Assembly: GCA_039594205.1 (NCBI GenBank)
Contig: JBCNNW010000018.1
Span: forward strand, 1-32,000
Length of the DNA stretch: 32,000 bases
From: Pseudescherichia sp.
GTDB taxonomy: Bacteria > Pseudomonadota > Gammaproteobacteria > Enterobacterales > Enterobacteriaceae
Direction of reading: 5' to 3'
The translations under genes were made by a program, and so were the position numbers. How positions within the stretch are numbered: position 1 is the stretch's first letter; each line of letters begins with the position of its first letter. The notes under the pieces are model-generated. The model made no database searches and had not been told where the DNA came from. It saw only the letters and a list, made by a program, of their open reading frames with translations. Of the stretch, positions 1 to 8,353 are shown in pieces.

Positions 1-14
1 TAGTGTGCAGCCTC

Positions 15-44
15 GTAGGTCGGGTAAGCGAAGCGCCACCCGAC
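15..44. repeat. REP-like extragenic palindromic element just downstream of queD
   Basis: The sequence gtaggtcgggtaagcgaagcgccacccgac has a GTAGG head and inverted arms gtcgggt/acccgac. The same family is seen at 4254-4320, 19195-19224 and 30470-30497. Confidence 0.6.
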
Positions 45-51
45 AATATGC

Positions 52-414
52 TTACTCTCCGCGATACACACAGCCCGCCGTACAGGTCTCTTTGATGGTT
101 ACCGCGCTCAGCAGCGGTACAAGCGGCTTCATCTCTTCCCAGATCCACTTCGCCAGCACTTCGCTGGTCGGGTTCTCCAGGCCAGGAATATCGTTCAGAT
201 AGTAGTGATCCAGCCGATCATAGGTCGGCTTGAAGGCGGCCTTCAGTTCAGAGAAGTCCATGATCCAACCGGTATGGGGATCGACTTCACCGGTAATTTC
301 CAGGCGCACCATAAACGAGTGACCGTGCAGGCGACCGCATTTATGGCCTTCGGGTACGTGCGGCAGACGGTGGGCGGCTTCGAAGATGAAATCTTTAAAC
401 AACGTGGTAGACAT
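52..414 (-). CDS. queD: 6-carboxy-5,6,7,8-tetrahydropterin synthase QueD (YgcM)
   Basis: 120-aa ORF with the PTPS/QueD motif [24 protein letters not shown]. It is divergent from cysJ, as in E. coli. Confidence 0.95.
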   Translation of the reverse strand: MSTTLFKDFIFEAAHRLPHVPEGHKCGRLHGHSFMVRLEITGEVDPHTGWIMDFSELKAAFKPTYDRLDHYYLNDIPGLENPTSEVLAKWIWEEMKPLVPLLSAVTIKETCTAGCVYRGE

Positions 415-477
415 GATGAATTCTCAGACAGGCAAAAACCGCCGCATACTACCGGAATTGACCATTTTTGGCATTAA

Positions 478-720
478 CTAAAACAGGCAAAAGCGTTAAA
501 GCCTGCTGGTTCGCGTCTAAATCTTTATTTTATCTTTTTAAATCAAATAATTAATCAACCTGTTTTACTGTTAATAACTATGACTAAAAGCGGTTAGCGT
601 TTTTAGTTATTTGTTATTTCCAACCCTTCTTTAATTGTTATTATTCACGCCGTTACCCTTACACTCTGTTCTGTTTTTACGCTTTTTTTAATAGCTTTGC
701 TTACTGGAACATAACGACGC
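478..720 (+). promoter_or_regulatory. cysJIH promoter / CysB-dependent control region (approximate)
   Basis: AT-rich divergent gap between queD and cysJ. It contains T/A-rich tracts (ttagttatttgttatttccaacccttctttaattgttattattcacg) followed by a candidate -10 tacact at 660-665. The position matches the known CysB-activated cysJIH promoter of E. coli/Salmonella. Individual sites were not verified. Confidence 0.4.
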
Positions 721-2532
721 ATGACGACACAGGTCCCACCTTCCGCTTTGCTTCCGCTGAACCCGGAGCAGCTGGCGCGCCTACAGGCAGCCACCACCGA
801 TTTAACACCGACCCAGCTCGCCTGGGTTTCCGGCTACTTCTGGGGCGTGCTTAACCAGCAGCCTGGCGCAGCAGCAATGGCGACAGCGCCGGCTCCGGCG
901 GCAGAGACGCCGACCATCACGCTGCTCAGCGCGTCGCAGACCGGTAACGCCCGTCGCGTCGCAGAAGCACTGCGTGACGATCTGCTGGCGGCGAAGCTCA
1001 ACGTCAACCTGGTCAACGCTGGCGACTATAAATTCAAACAAATTGCCAATGAAAAACTGCTGATTGTGGTTGCTTCGACCCAGGGTGAAGGGGAGCCGCC
1101 GGAAGAGGCGGTCGCCCTGCACAAGTTCCTGTTCTCGAAAAAAGCGCCGAAGCTTAACGGCAGCGCCTTTGCCGTGTTCGGCCTGGGCGATACCTCCTAC
1201 GAATTCTTCTGCCAGTGCGGTAAAGACTTTGACAGCAAGCTGGCGGAGCTGGGCGCCGAGCGTCTGCTGGATCGCGTAGATGCCGACGTAGAGTATCAGA
1301 CGGCGGCCAGCGAGTGGCGGGCGCGCATCGTTGATATTCTGAAAGCCCGCGTGCCGACCGAAAGCCCGGCCCAGGCGGCTGTGACCGCCACCGGCGTGGT
1401 CAACGAGGTCTTCTCCAGCCCCTATACTAAAGAAGAGCCGCTGGTGGCTACCCTCGCCGTGAACCAGAAGATCACCGGTCGTGACTCTGAGAAAGACGTT
1501 CGTCACATCGAGATCGATCTGGGCGATTCCGGTCTGCGCTACCAGCCGGGCGATGCCCTGGGCGTCTGGTATCAGAACGATCCGGCGCTGGTGCGCGAGC
1601 TGGTTGAGCTGCTGTGGCTGAAAGGCGACGAGCCGGTCACCGTGGAGGGCAAAACGCTGCCGCTCTCTGAAGCGCTGGAGTGGCATTTTGAGCTGACGGT
1701 TAACACCGCCAGCATCGTTGAGAATTACGCTAAGCTGAGCCGCAGTGAAACCCTGCTGCCGATGGTAGGGGACAAGGCCCGTCTCCAGCACTACGCTGCG
1801 ACAACGCCGATCGTTGACATGGTGCGCTTCTCGGCTGCCCAGCTGGATGCCGAAGCGCTGACAGGCCTGCTGCGTCCGTTGACGCCGCGCCTCTACTCCA
1901 TCGCCTCATCCCAGGCGGAAGTTGAGAGCGAAGTACACGTCACCGTTGGCGTTGTGCGCTATGACGTTGAAGGCCGTACCCGCACCGGCGGTGCGTCTGG
2001 CTTCCTTGCCGATCGCGTCGAAGAGGACGGTGAAATTCGCGTGTTCATTGAGCACAACGATAACTTCCGCCTGCCTGCTAACCCGGAGACGCCGGTGATC
2101 ATGATTGGCCCTGGCACCGGCATTGCGCCGTTCCGCGCCTTTATGCAGCAGCGTGCGGCGGATGAAGCGCCGGGTAAAAACTGGCTGATTTTTGGTAACC
2201 CGCACTTTACCGAAGATTTCCTGTACCAGGTGGAGTGGCAGCGCTACGTCAAAGAGGGCGTGCTGAACCGCATCGATCTGGCCTGGTCCCGCGACCAGCA
2301 AGAGAAAATATACGTACAAGATAAACTGCGTGAACAGGGCGCAGAGCTGTGGCGCTGGATCAACGAAGGCGCGCACATTTATGTCTGCGGCGACGCGACG
2401 CGTATGGCGCGCGACGTTGAGCAGGCTTTACTGGAAGTGATTGCCGAGTTCGGTGGCATGGATACCGAAACGGCTGACGAATATTTAAGTGAGCTGCGCG
2501 TAGAGCGCCGTTATCAGCGAGATGTCTACTAA
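721..2532 (+). CDS. cysJ: sulfite reductase [NADPH] flavoprotein alpha subunit
   Basis: 603-aa ORF, colinear with E. coli CysJ as I recall it ([42 protein letters not shown] ... RRYQRDVY). It has flavodoxin and FAD/NADPH domains. Confidence 0.98.
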   Translation: MTTQVPPSALLPLNPEQLARLQAATTDLTPTQLAWVSGYFWGVLNQQPGAAAMATAPAPAAETPTITLLSASQTGNARRVAEALRDDLLAAKLNVNLVNAGDYKFKQIANEKLLIVVASTQGEGEPPEEAVALHKFLFSKKAPKLNGSAFAVFGLGDTSYEFFCQCGKDFDSKLAELGAERLLDRVDADVEYQTAASEWRARIVDILKARVPTESPAQAAVTATGVVNEVFSSPYTKEEPLVATLAVNQKITGRDSEKDVRHIEIDLGDSGLRYQPGDALGVWYQNDPALVRELVELLWLKGDEPVTVEGKTLPLSEALEWHFELTVNTASIVENYAKLSRSETLLPMVGDKARLQHYAATTPIVDMVRFSAAQLDAEALTGLLRPLTPRLYSIASSQAEVESEVHVTVGVVRYDVEGRTRTGGASGFLADRVEEDGEIRVFIEHNDNFRLPANPETPVIMIGPGTGIAPFRAFMQQRAADEAPGKNWLIFGNPHFTEDFLYQVEWQRYVKEGVLNRIDLAWSRDQQEKIYVQDKLREQGAELWRWINEGAHIYVCGDATRMARDVEQALLEVIAEFGGMDTETADEYLSELRVERRYQRDVY

Positions 2533-4244
2533 TGAGCGATAAACACCCAGGTCCGCTGGTGGTCGAAGGTAAACTGACCGACGCCGAGCGTATGAAACGT
2601 GAAAGCAACTACCTGCGCGGTACGATTGCGGAAGATCTGAGCGACGGGCTTACCGGCGGTTTTAAAGGTGACAACTTTCTGCTGATCCGCTTCCACGGTA
2701 TGTATCAGCAGGATGACCGTGATATTCGTGCTGAACGCGCCGAGCAGAAGCTGGAGCCGCGCCACGCCATGATGCTGCGCTGCCGTCTGCCGGGGGGGAT
2801 CATCACCCCGGCACAGTGGCAGGCTATCGACAAGTTTGCCGAAGAGAAGACTATCTACGGCAGCATCCGTCTGACCAACCGCCAGACCTTCCAGTATCAC
2901 GGTATTCTGAAGAAGAACGTTAAGCCTGCCCATCAGATGCTGCATGAAGTGGGTCTGGACGCGCTGGCGACCGCCAACGACATGAACCGTAACGTGCTCT
3001 GTACCTCTAACCCGATTGAGTCCCAGCTGCACGCTGAGGCCTACGAGTGGGCGAAGAAGCTCTCTGAGCACCTGCTGCCACGCACCCGCGCCTATGCTGA
3101 GATCTGGCACGATGCGGAGAAGGTAGCGACGACTGACGAAGAGCCGATCCTCGGCCAGACCTATCTGCCGCGTAAGTTCAAAACCACGGTGGTGATCCCG
3201 CCGCAGAACGACGTCGATCTGCACGCTAACGACATGAACTTTATTGCCATCGCCGAGAACGGCAAGCTGATTGGCTTTAACCTGCTGGTGGGCGGTGGTC
3301 TCTCTATCGAGCACGGCAACAAGAAAACCTATGCCCGTACCGCGAGCGAGTTCGGTTTCCTGCCGCTGGAGCACACCCTGGCGGTGGCAGAAGCGGTGGT
3401 AACCACCCAGCGCGACTGGGGTAACCGTACCGATCGTAAAAACGCCAAGACCAAATACACCCTTGAGCGCGTGGGCGTTGAGACCTTTAAAGCGGAAGTT
3501 GAGCGTCGGGCAGGCATGAAATTCGAGCCGATTCGCCCGTACGAGTTCACCGGCCGTGGGGATCGCATCGGCTGGGTGAAGGGCATAGATAACAAGTGGC
3601 ACCTGACGCTGTTTATCGAAAATGGTCGTATTCTTGATTATCCGGATCGTCCGCTGAAGACCGGCCTGCTGGAGATCGCGAAGATCCACAAGGGCGATTT
3701 CCGCCTGACCGCGAACCAGAACCTGATCGTTGCGGGCGTGCCGGAGAGCCAGAAGGCGAAGATTGAAGCGCTGGCTCGTTCCCACGGTCTGATGGATGCG
3801 GTGAAACCGCAGCGCGAGAACTCCATGGCCTGCGTCGCCTTCCCGACCTGTCCGCTGGCGATGGCGGAAGCAGAGCGTTTCCTGCCAGGCTTTGTTGATA
3901 AAGTCGAAGCGATTATGGAGAAGCACGGTGTTGGTGACGATCATATCGTCATGCGCGTGACCGGCTGCCCGAACGGCTGTGGCCGTGCGCTGCTGGCGGA
4001 GATGGGCCTGGTGGGTAAAGCGCCGGGGCGTTATAACCTGCACCTTGGCGGCAACCGCATGGGCACACGTATTCCGCGTATGTATCGCGAGAACATCACC
4101 GAGTCAGAGATCCTCGACTCTATCGACATGCTGGTAGGCCGCTGGTCGAAAGAGCGTGAAGCAGGCGAAGGCTTCGGCGACTTTACCGTTCGTACCGGGG
4201 TTATCCGTCCGGTGCTGGATCCGGCGCGGGATTTCTGGGAGTAA
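2532..4244 (+). CDS. cysI: sulfite reductase [NADPH] hemoprotein beta subunit
   Basis: 570-aa ORF whose start overlaps the cysJ stop (ATGA). It carries the siroheme/4Fe-4S Cys cluster motif ([15 protein letters not shown] ... [10 protein letters not shown]). Confidence 0.98.
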   Translation: MSDKHPGPLVVEGKLTDAERMKRESNYLRGTIAEDLSDGLTGGFKGDNFLLIRFHGMYQQDDRDIRAERAEQKLEPRHAMMLRCRLPGGIITPAQWQAIDKFAEEKTIYGSIRLTNRQTFQYHGILKKNVKPAHQMLHEVGLDALATANDMNRNVLCTSNPIESQLHAEAYEWAKKLSEHLLPRTRAYAEIWHDAEKVATTDEEPILGQTYLPRKFKTTVVIPPQNDVDLHANDMNFIAIAENGKLIGFNLLVGGGLSIEHGNKKTYARTASEFGFLPLEHTLAVAEAVVTTQRDWGNRTDRKNAKTKYTLERVGVETFKAEVERRAGMKFEPIRPYEFTGRGDRIGWVKGIDNKWHLTLFIENGRILDYPDRPLKTGLLEIAKIHKGDFRLTANQNLIVAGVPESQKAKIEALARSHGLMDAVKPQRENSMACVAFPTCPLAMAEAERFLPGFVDKVEAIMEKHGVGDDHIVMRVTGCPNGCGRALLAEMGLVGKAPGRYNLHLGGNRMGTRIPRMYRENITESEILDSIDMLVGRWSKEREAGEGFGDFTVRTGVIRPVLDPARDFWE

Positions 4245-4253
4245 CGTAGTCAT

Positions 4254-4320
4254 GCCCGGTGGCGCTTCGCTTACCGGGTAAATGAGTTTTGTAGGCCGGG
4301 CAAACGTCGTGCCGCCCGGC
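4254..4320. repeat. pair of inverted REP elements (BIME-like) in the cysI-cysH spacer
   Basis: gcccggtggcgcttcgcttaccgggt (4254-4279) faces gtaggccgggcaaacgtcgtgccgcccggc (4291-4320). Each is an imperfect palindrome of the enterobacterial REP type. Confidence 0.65.
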
Positions 4321-4342
4321 GTCACAGGCAAACGAGGTTCTT

Positions 4343-5077
4343 ATGTCCTTACTCGATCTAAACGCCCTTAATGAGCTGCCAAAAGTCGACCGCATTCTGG
4401 CGCTGGCAGAGACCAACGGCCAGCTGGAAAAACTGAGCGCGGAAGAGCGCGTCGTCTGGGCATTGGAGAACCTGCCTGGTGAGTACGTGCTCTCCTCAAG
4501 TTTTGGTATCCAGGCGGCGGTTAGCCTGCACCTGGTTAACCAGATCAGCCCGGATATCCCGGTGATCCTCACCGATACCGGCTATCTGTTTCCGGAGACC
4601 TACCAGTTCATTGATGAGCTGGCGGACAAGCTCAAGCTAAACCTGAAGATCTATCGCGCAGAGCAAAGCCCGGCGTGGCAGGAAGCGCGCTACGGCAAGC
4701 TGTGGGAGCAGGGCGTCGAGGGTATTGAGAAGTACAATGAGATCAACAAGGTCGAGCCGATGAACCGCGCCCTGAAAGAGCTGAAGGCACAGACCTGGTT
4801 TGCAGGCCTGCGCCGGGAGCAGTCCGGCAGCCGCGCCACGCTGCCGGTACTGGCCGTTCAGCGCGGCGTGTTCAAGGTACTGCCGATCATCGACTGGGAC
4901 AACCGTACCGTTTATCAGTATCTGCAGAAGCACGGCCTGAAGTACCACCCGCTGTGGGATCAGGGCTATCTCTCGGTGGGCGATACGCACACCACCCGCA
5001 AATGGGAGCCGGGCATGGCAGAGGAAGAGACCCGCTTCTTCGGCCTCAAGCGCGAATGCGGGCTGCACGAAGGGTGA
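4343..5077 (+). CDS. cysH: phosphoadenosine phosphosulfate (PAPS) reductase
   Basis: 244-aa ORF with the conserved C-terminal ECGLH motif and full-length similarity to E. coli CysH. Confidence 0.98.
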   Translation: MSLLDLNALNELPKVDRILALAETNGQLEKLSAEERVVWALENLPGEYVLSSSFGIQAAVSLHLVNQISPDIPVILTDTGYLFPETYQFIDELADKLKLNLKIYRAEQSPAWQEARYGKLWEQGVEGIEKYNEINKVEPMNRALKELKAQTWFAGLRREQSGSRATLPVLAVQRGVFKVLPIIDWDNRTVYQYLQKHGLKYHPLWDQGYLSVGDTHTTRKWEPGMAEEETRFFGLKRECGLHEG

Positions 5078-5093
5078 TATAACGCCCAGACGG

Positions 5094-5125
5094 AAAATGC
5101 TGACTTTTGAGTCGGCATTTTTTTT
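5094..5125 (+). terminator. rho-independent terminator of cysJIH
   Basis: Stem atgctgac (5097-5104) pairs with gtcggcat (5111-5118), including one G-U pair, and is followed by a run of 8 T. Confidence 0.8.
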
Positions 5126-5196
5126 GGGTTTTTGGCTGAGAGTGGGTGGAAGATTGATTTAGGTTAGGGCAATAGTAATAGGCAACGGTAGAATTG

Positions 5197-5337
5197 GAGT
5201 TGTCATAAGTGATTTTTTATTTTTTTATTTAAAATCAGTTCATTACGCAAAAGAGCATGAAGCGTAGTTGTTGATTATAAGTTGGTAGATTATTAATCGT
5301 TAAAAAAGCTCTTTAAAAACAATCAACTGTATTTAGA
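5197..5337 (+). promoter_or_regulatory. CRISPR array 1 leader
   Basis: AT-rich tract directly 5' of repeat 1. It contains attataagttggtagatt and gctctttaaaaa, and ends in gtatttagag at the leader-repeat junction. These motifs match my recollection of the E. coli K-12 CRISPR-I leader (candidate -10 tataag at 5276-5281). Confidence 0.7.
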
Positions 5338-6097
5338 GAGTTCCCCGCGCCAGCGGGGATAAACCGCCCGCGCTACAGTTTCACCCCCTCCGCTGGTGGA
5401 GTTCCCCGCGCCAGCGGGGATAAACCGGGTTTTTGTACTGCTCTTTTTTAGTAGATCCTGAGTTCCCCGCGCCAGCGGGGATAAACCGGTAACGGGCGAG
5501 CAGCCGCACGACTGGACGGAGAGTTCCCCGCGCCAGCGGGGATAAACCGCCACCTGCCAATCATCTGGGGCTACGCCTGTGGAGTTCCCCGCGCCAGCGG
5601 GGATAAACCGGCAAGACCGGCTTCCGGCTCGACACCAAACGCGAGTTCCCCGCGCCAGCGGGGATAAACCGAGCGGGTTTATCGTGCCGTCCAGGTTGTT
5701 TGAAAGTTCCCCGCGCCAGCGGGGATAAACCGACGTCTTTCTCTCTCACATGGATACTCACCAAAAGTTCCCCGCGCCAGCGGGGATAAACCGTCCCTTC
5801 GTTATTGTTCGTAACCAACCCCGTCAAGTTCCCCGCGCCAGCGGGGATAAACCGCCGGAGATCCTGACTGGATGAGTCAGCATTTTAAGTTCCCCGCGCC
5901 AGCGGGGATAAACTGGACGTTTCTGCTGCGGTATCGAGTGGATTTGAAAGTTCCCCGCGCCAGCGGGGATAAACCGTTTATTGATGATGATTGCTGGGTT
6001 ATTGACCCAAGTTCCCCGCGCCAGCGGGGATAAACCGCGCCAGATGTGGTTGTCGGCGGCACACCGTGTAAGTTCCCCGCGCCAGCGGGGATAACCG
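5338..6097 (+). CRISPR. CRISPR array 1, type I-E repeat GAGTTCCCCGCGCCAGCGGGGATAAACCG; 13 repeats and 12 spacers of 32 nt
   Basis: Exact 61-nt periodicity, with repeats starting at 5338, 5399, 5460 ... 6070. R1-R6 start GAG and R7-R13 start AAG. R10 carries a C>T change at 5914. The terminal R13 is 28 nt (one A is missing). Transcription on the + strand is inferred from the upstream leader, the degenerate distal repeat and the ATAAACCG 3' end of the repeat. Confidence 0.98.
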
Positions 6098-6122
6098 CGT
6101 ACTGACAGACTCCTGTACGCGG
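6095..6122. terminator. hairpin between the array 1 end and orf97 (possible weak bidirectional terminator)
   Basis: ccgcgtac (6095-6102) pairs with gtacgcgg (6115-6122) across a 12-nt loop. Only a weak T tract follows (cgcgtttaggttt). Confidence 0.25.
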
Positions 6123-6133
6123 CGCGTTTAGGT

Positions 6134-6427
6134 TTACCAGTAATAAATACTGGGACGCTTGTCAGCCAGCCAGGTAACACCATCAGGATCGACACCACGA
6201 AGAATACTGGTGAGCATCAAGCGATCGGCAGCTCGACGGCGGCGAGTGGTATTGATTCGATTCCACCAACCAGGATTTTTATCGTAATTGCAAGCCGGTG
6301 TGTTTGCTCCATATTGATCATAATGGTGGACATACATTACACCCCAGCGTGAGGGGTACTTGATACGGAAATGGGGGTTGGCTTTACCGTGACAATCACG
6401 GTCTTTTCGAGTATTGAAGTTGGACAT
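6134..6427 (-). CDS. hypothetical protein, 97 aa, family not recognised
   Basis: The ORF has a strong SD (taaaggagctaaaaATG). The protein is Trp/Arg-rich (NPGWWNRINTTRRRRAADR, C-terminal SIYYW), and no signal peptide is evident. It lies downstream of the RES-Xre pair on the same strand. Confidence 0.55.
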   Translation of the reverse strand: MSNFNTRKDRDCHGKANPHFRIKYPSRWGVMYVHHYDQYGANTPACNYDKNPGWWNRINTTRRRRAADRLMLTSILRGVDPDGVTWLADKRPSIYYW

Positions 6428-6529
6428 TTTTAGCTCCTTTACGGTAACTAGAAATGCCCTCGCTTAGGGTAGTACATGGGGTCTCCTTAATCAGTTCAGC
6501 GTAACCGGGTGCAACGTCCTTCATGGTCA

Positions 6530-7000
6530 CTACTTGCGATCGGGTTTTAACCGACTGTCGAATTGAAACGGAATGGCTTTTGATTTTTGTGTCAGCTCGA
6601 AGAAACCGGGGTGTTCAGGGTTAAGCAGATAGTTATATTCCACTGGCGATAAGGCACTCGGCACACGCAGAGCTATTGATGCCTTAGTGAAGCACCAGGC
6701 GTCACCATAAGCGGCTAGCTCCGGTGGTGCCTCTTCATCAGCCCAGTTATCAGGTACTTCTTCCATATTGGCCTTTTGAATCTGGTCATCAGGCACATCA
6801 ATACTCAACAGCGTGAAATAATCCATAATCTGTGCCGCCCGCAGGTGCACCAACGTTTCCAGCATGGTTAACGATGCCGTTTCTGATACATAAACCATCG
6901 ATGTGCCGACGCTGTTCCAGCGGCCTCCAGCCTCTTTTGCTCCATACCCCGTCCAGGCTGTAGAAAGATACTTTGTCTTTGTAAGACGATAGAGGATCAA
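6530..7000 (-). CDS. RES-domain toxin (RES-Xre type II TA; NAD+-degrading family)
   Basis: 156-aa ORF with YR...GGRWNS...VYVSETASLTMLE, the typical R/E/S signature. It overlaps the upstream antitoxin gene by 4 nt (ATGA). Confidence 0.85.
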   Translation of the reverse strand: MILYRLTKTKYLSTAWTGYGAKEAGGRWNSVGTSMVYVSETASLTMLETLVHLRAAQIMDYFTLLSIDVPDDQIQKANMEEVPDNWADEEAPPELAAYGDAWCFTKASIALRVPSALSPVEYNYLLNPEHPGFFELTQKSKAIPFQFDSRLKPDRK

Positions 7001-7440
7001 GAGTAGACCCCATGCTCCAGACGAGTGATCAGCTTCATAACCTCATAAGCTCCGGTTTCGGATGCCATCAGGTCTGCCGGCACTTTCCAGCCCAGCGCAC
7101 GGTTAGGCTCATTCAACCATTTTTGCGCTTCATCCTTATTGCCTTCAAACAACTCTACTGCCCGATCAAGGACACGAATGATGCGCACCAGCCGTTCACT
7201 TTGGTCAGCACTGAATCGCGCTTTCAAACTGCGGCTGAATGTGGTTGATGGGATACCTGACATTTTACGCAGGTCGTTTTGCGTTATCTTCGCCCAGTCA
7301 ACGATCAGGCTAGCAACCTTGCCATCCAAACCTTCATTAATCTGACCCAGCAATGCCACACCATCAGCATTGTTTAAACCAGCTACCTGCCATAAACGGG
7401 GTGGCCTGGCCTGAGTCGTAGATACGCTAAACGTTTTCAT
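6997..7440 (-). CDS. Xre-family antitoxin with DUF2384-type toxin-binding C-terminal domain (MbcA/ParS-like)
   Basis: 147-aa ORF with an N-terminal HTH-like segment and the C-terminal pattern A..W....N.ALG...P.DL. It is translationally coupled to the RES gene. Confidence 0.8.
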   Translation of the reverse strand: MKTFSVSTTQARPPRLWQVAGLNNADGVALLGQINEGLDGKVASLIVDWAKITQNDLRKMSGIPSTTFSRSLKARFSADQSERLVRIIRVLDRAVELFEGNKDEAQKWLNEPNRALGWKVPADLMASETGAYEVMKLITRLEHGVYS

Positions 7441-7464
7441 GGTTGACCTCCATTTGGTAATTTA

Positions 7465-7493
7465 ATTATATCCATATGGCGGCTTATGGGCAA
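7465..7493 (-). promoter_or_regulatory. candidate sigma70 promoter for the xre-RES operon
   Basis: On the minus strand, TTGCCC (7493-7488) is separated by 17 nt from TATAAT (7470-7465). The palindrome ccatatgg (7472-7479) in the spacer could be an operator. Confidence 0.4.
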
Positions 7494-7512
7494 ATATTAA
7501 CCGCTTGAAGTA

Positions 7513-7845
7513 TTACCCTACTAAGGCTTTAACCTTAGCTCTGATCACGTCGAGTTCCTTCTCGGTTACTCTCCCTTTTTTCGCTGCGTTTCTGACTTTC
7601 CAGGCGATGCATTTCACCTGATCGGCAAGCGCTACTGCGTTACGCTCACCGGAGAGTTCTACTTCAAAAGGGTAGCCCTTTGCCTTTGTGGTACAGGGAA
7701 CACAAAGGCAAAGCCCTGTTTTATTGTTATAGATGAATGTGCTTAGCACCACGGCAGGCCAATGCTCTGCCTGCTCATTTCCTTTAGTTAGGTCAAAATC
7801 AACCTATATAAGATCCCCTGAGTCAGGTACAAATTGAATTATTAT
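7513..7845 (-). pseudogene. mazF: mazF/chpA-family endoribonuclease toxin, inactivated
   Basis: The frame reads IIIQFVPDSGDLI*VDFDLTKGNEQAEHWPAVVLSTFIYNNKTGLCLCVPCTT..., colinear with E. coli MazF (MVSRYVPDMGDLIWVDFDPTKGSEQAGHRPAVVLSPFMYNNKTGMCLCVPCTT...). A TAG at 7806-7804 replaces the conserved Trp codon, and ATA sits where ATG is expected. Only a 79-aa GTG-initiated C-terminal ORF remains (7513-7752). Confidence 0.8.
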
Positions 7846-8094
7846 TTACCAGGCTTCCTTACCTTCAGGTTTACCCCATTCCACCAGATCATGTTGGTTA
7901 TCGGCGGTGATCTCTTCAACTAGTTCCGCAAGCGAAAACTCAGATCCGCTCCTTACTGGCTCGATAACAAGCTTACCTTCAACCAAATCGATCTGAACTT
8001 CATCATCAATATTAAGATTAAGAGCCTGCATTAACGTTGCTGGGATCCGGATCGCAGGAGAGTTTCTCCAGCGTTTAACATTAACTCGGATCAT
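7846..8094 (-). CDS. mazE: MazE antitoxin (AbrB/SpoVT fold)
   Basis: 82-aa [45 protein letters not shown] is close to E. coli MazE as recalled, and the gene appears full length. Confidence 0.9.
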   Translation of the reverse strand: MIRVNVKRWRNSPAIRIPATLMQALNLNIDDEVQIDLVEGKLVIEPVRSGSEFSLAELVEEITADNQHDLVEWGKPEGKEAW

Positions 8095-8353
8095 ATCAAC
8101 CTCATCGCAATTATATAGTAACTACATCGTAGATTTTACGCAGTGAAAATACAATCTGTCGAACTCTCATTTTAATCTGTTGCTAATCTCTTCTGCACGC
8201 GCCATAAAAATAGATGGCTTAACATAGCTAACTATTTTTAATATTTAGTTGCATAAAACTACACTATCTTTATCTTTCCCGGTTGCGGCTGAGGGCATGT
8301 TTCTACACCATCTATAAATAATACTATTGCGTCACTTTATATTGAGGTGATGA
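8095..8353. promoter_or_regulatory. AT-rich divergent control region between mazE and cas3
   Basis: 259-bp AT-rich gap. The candidate cas3 promoter is TTGCAT (8249-8254), a 16-nt spacer, then TATCTT (8271-8276). On the other strand there is a TATAAT-like box close to the mazE start. In E. coli and Salmonella, equivalent regions are H-NS/LeuO controlled (established knowledge; not visible here). Confidence 0.35.

Noticed and set aside
802-4043. Long antisense ORFs opposite cysJ and cysI (329 aa and 504 aa).
   Set aside because: These are shadow ORFs on the complementary strand of well-conserved GC-rich genes. They have Arg/Leu/Gln-rich low-complexity composition and no RBS or family resemblance.
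5338-6097. The alternative that array 1 is transcribed from the minus strand, away from the TA genes.
   Set aside because: The AT-rich leader with the conserved ...tttagag junction lies on the cysH side. The degenerate 28-nt repeat is at the far end. The repeat reads in the canonical ...GGGGATAAACCG sense on the + strand.
5323-6198. Minus-strand ORFs of 60-124 aa across array 1 with recurring peptides (YPRWRGEL, LSPLARGT, FIPAGAGN).
   Set aside because: These are translations of the 29-nt CRISPR repeat in three frames. The 61-nt periodicity explains them and they are not genes.
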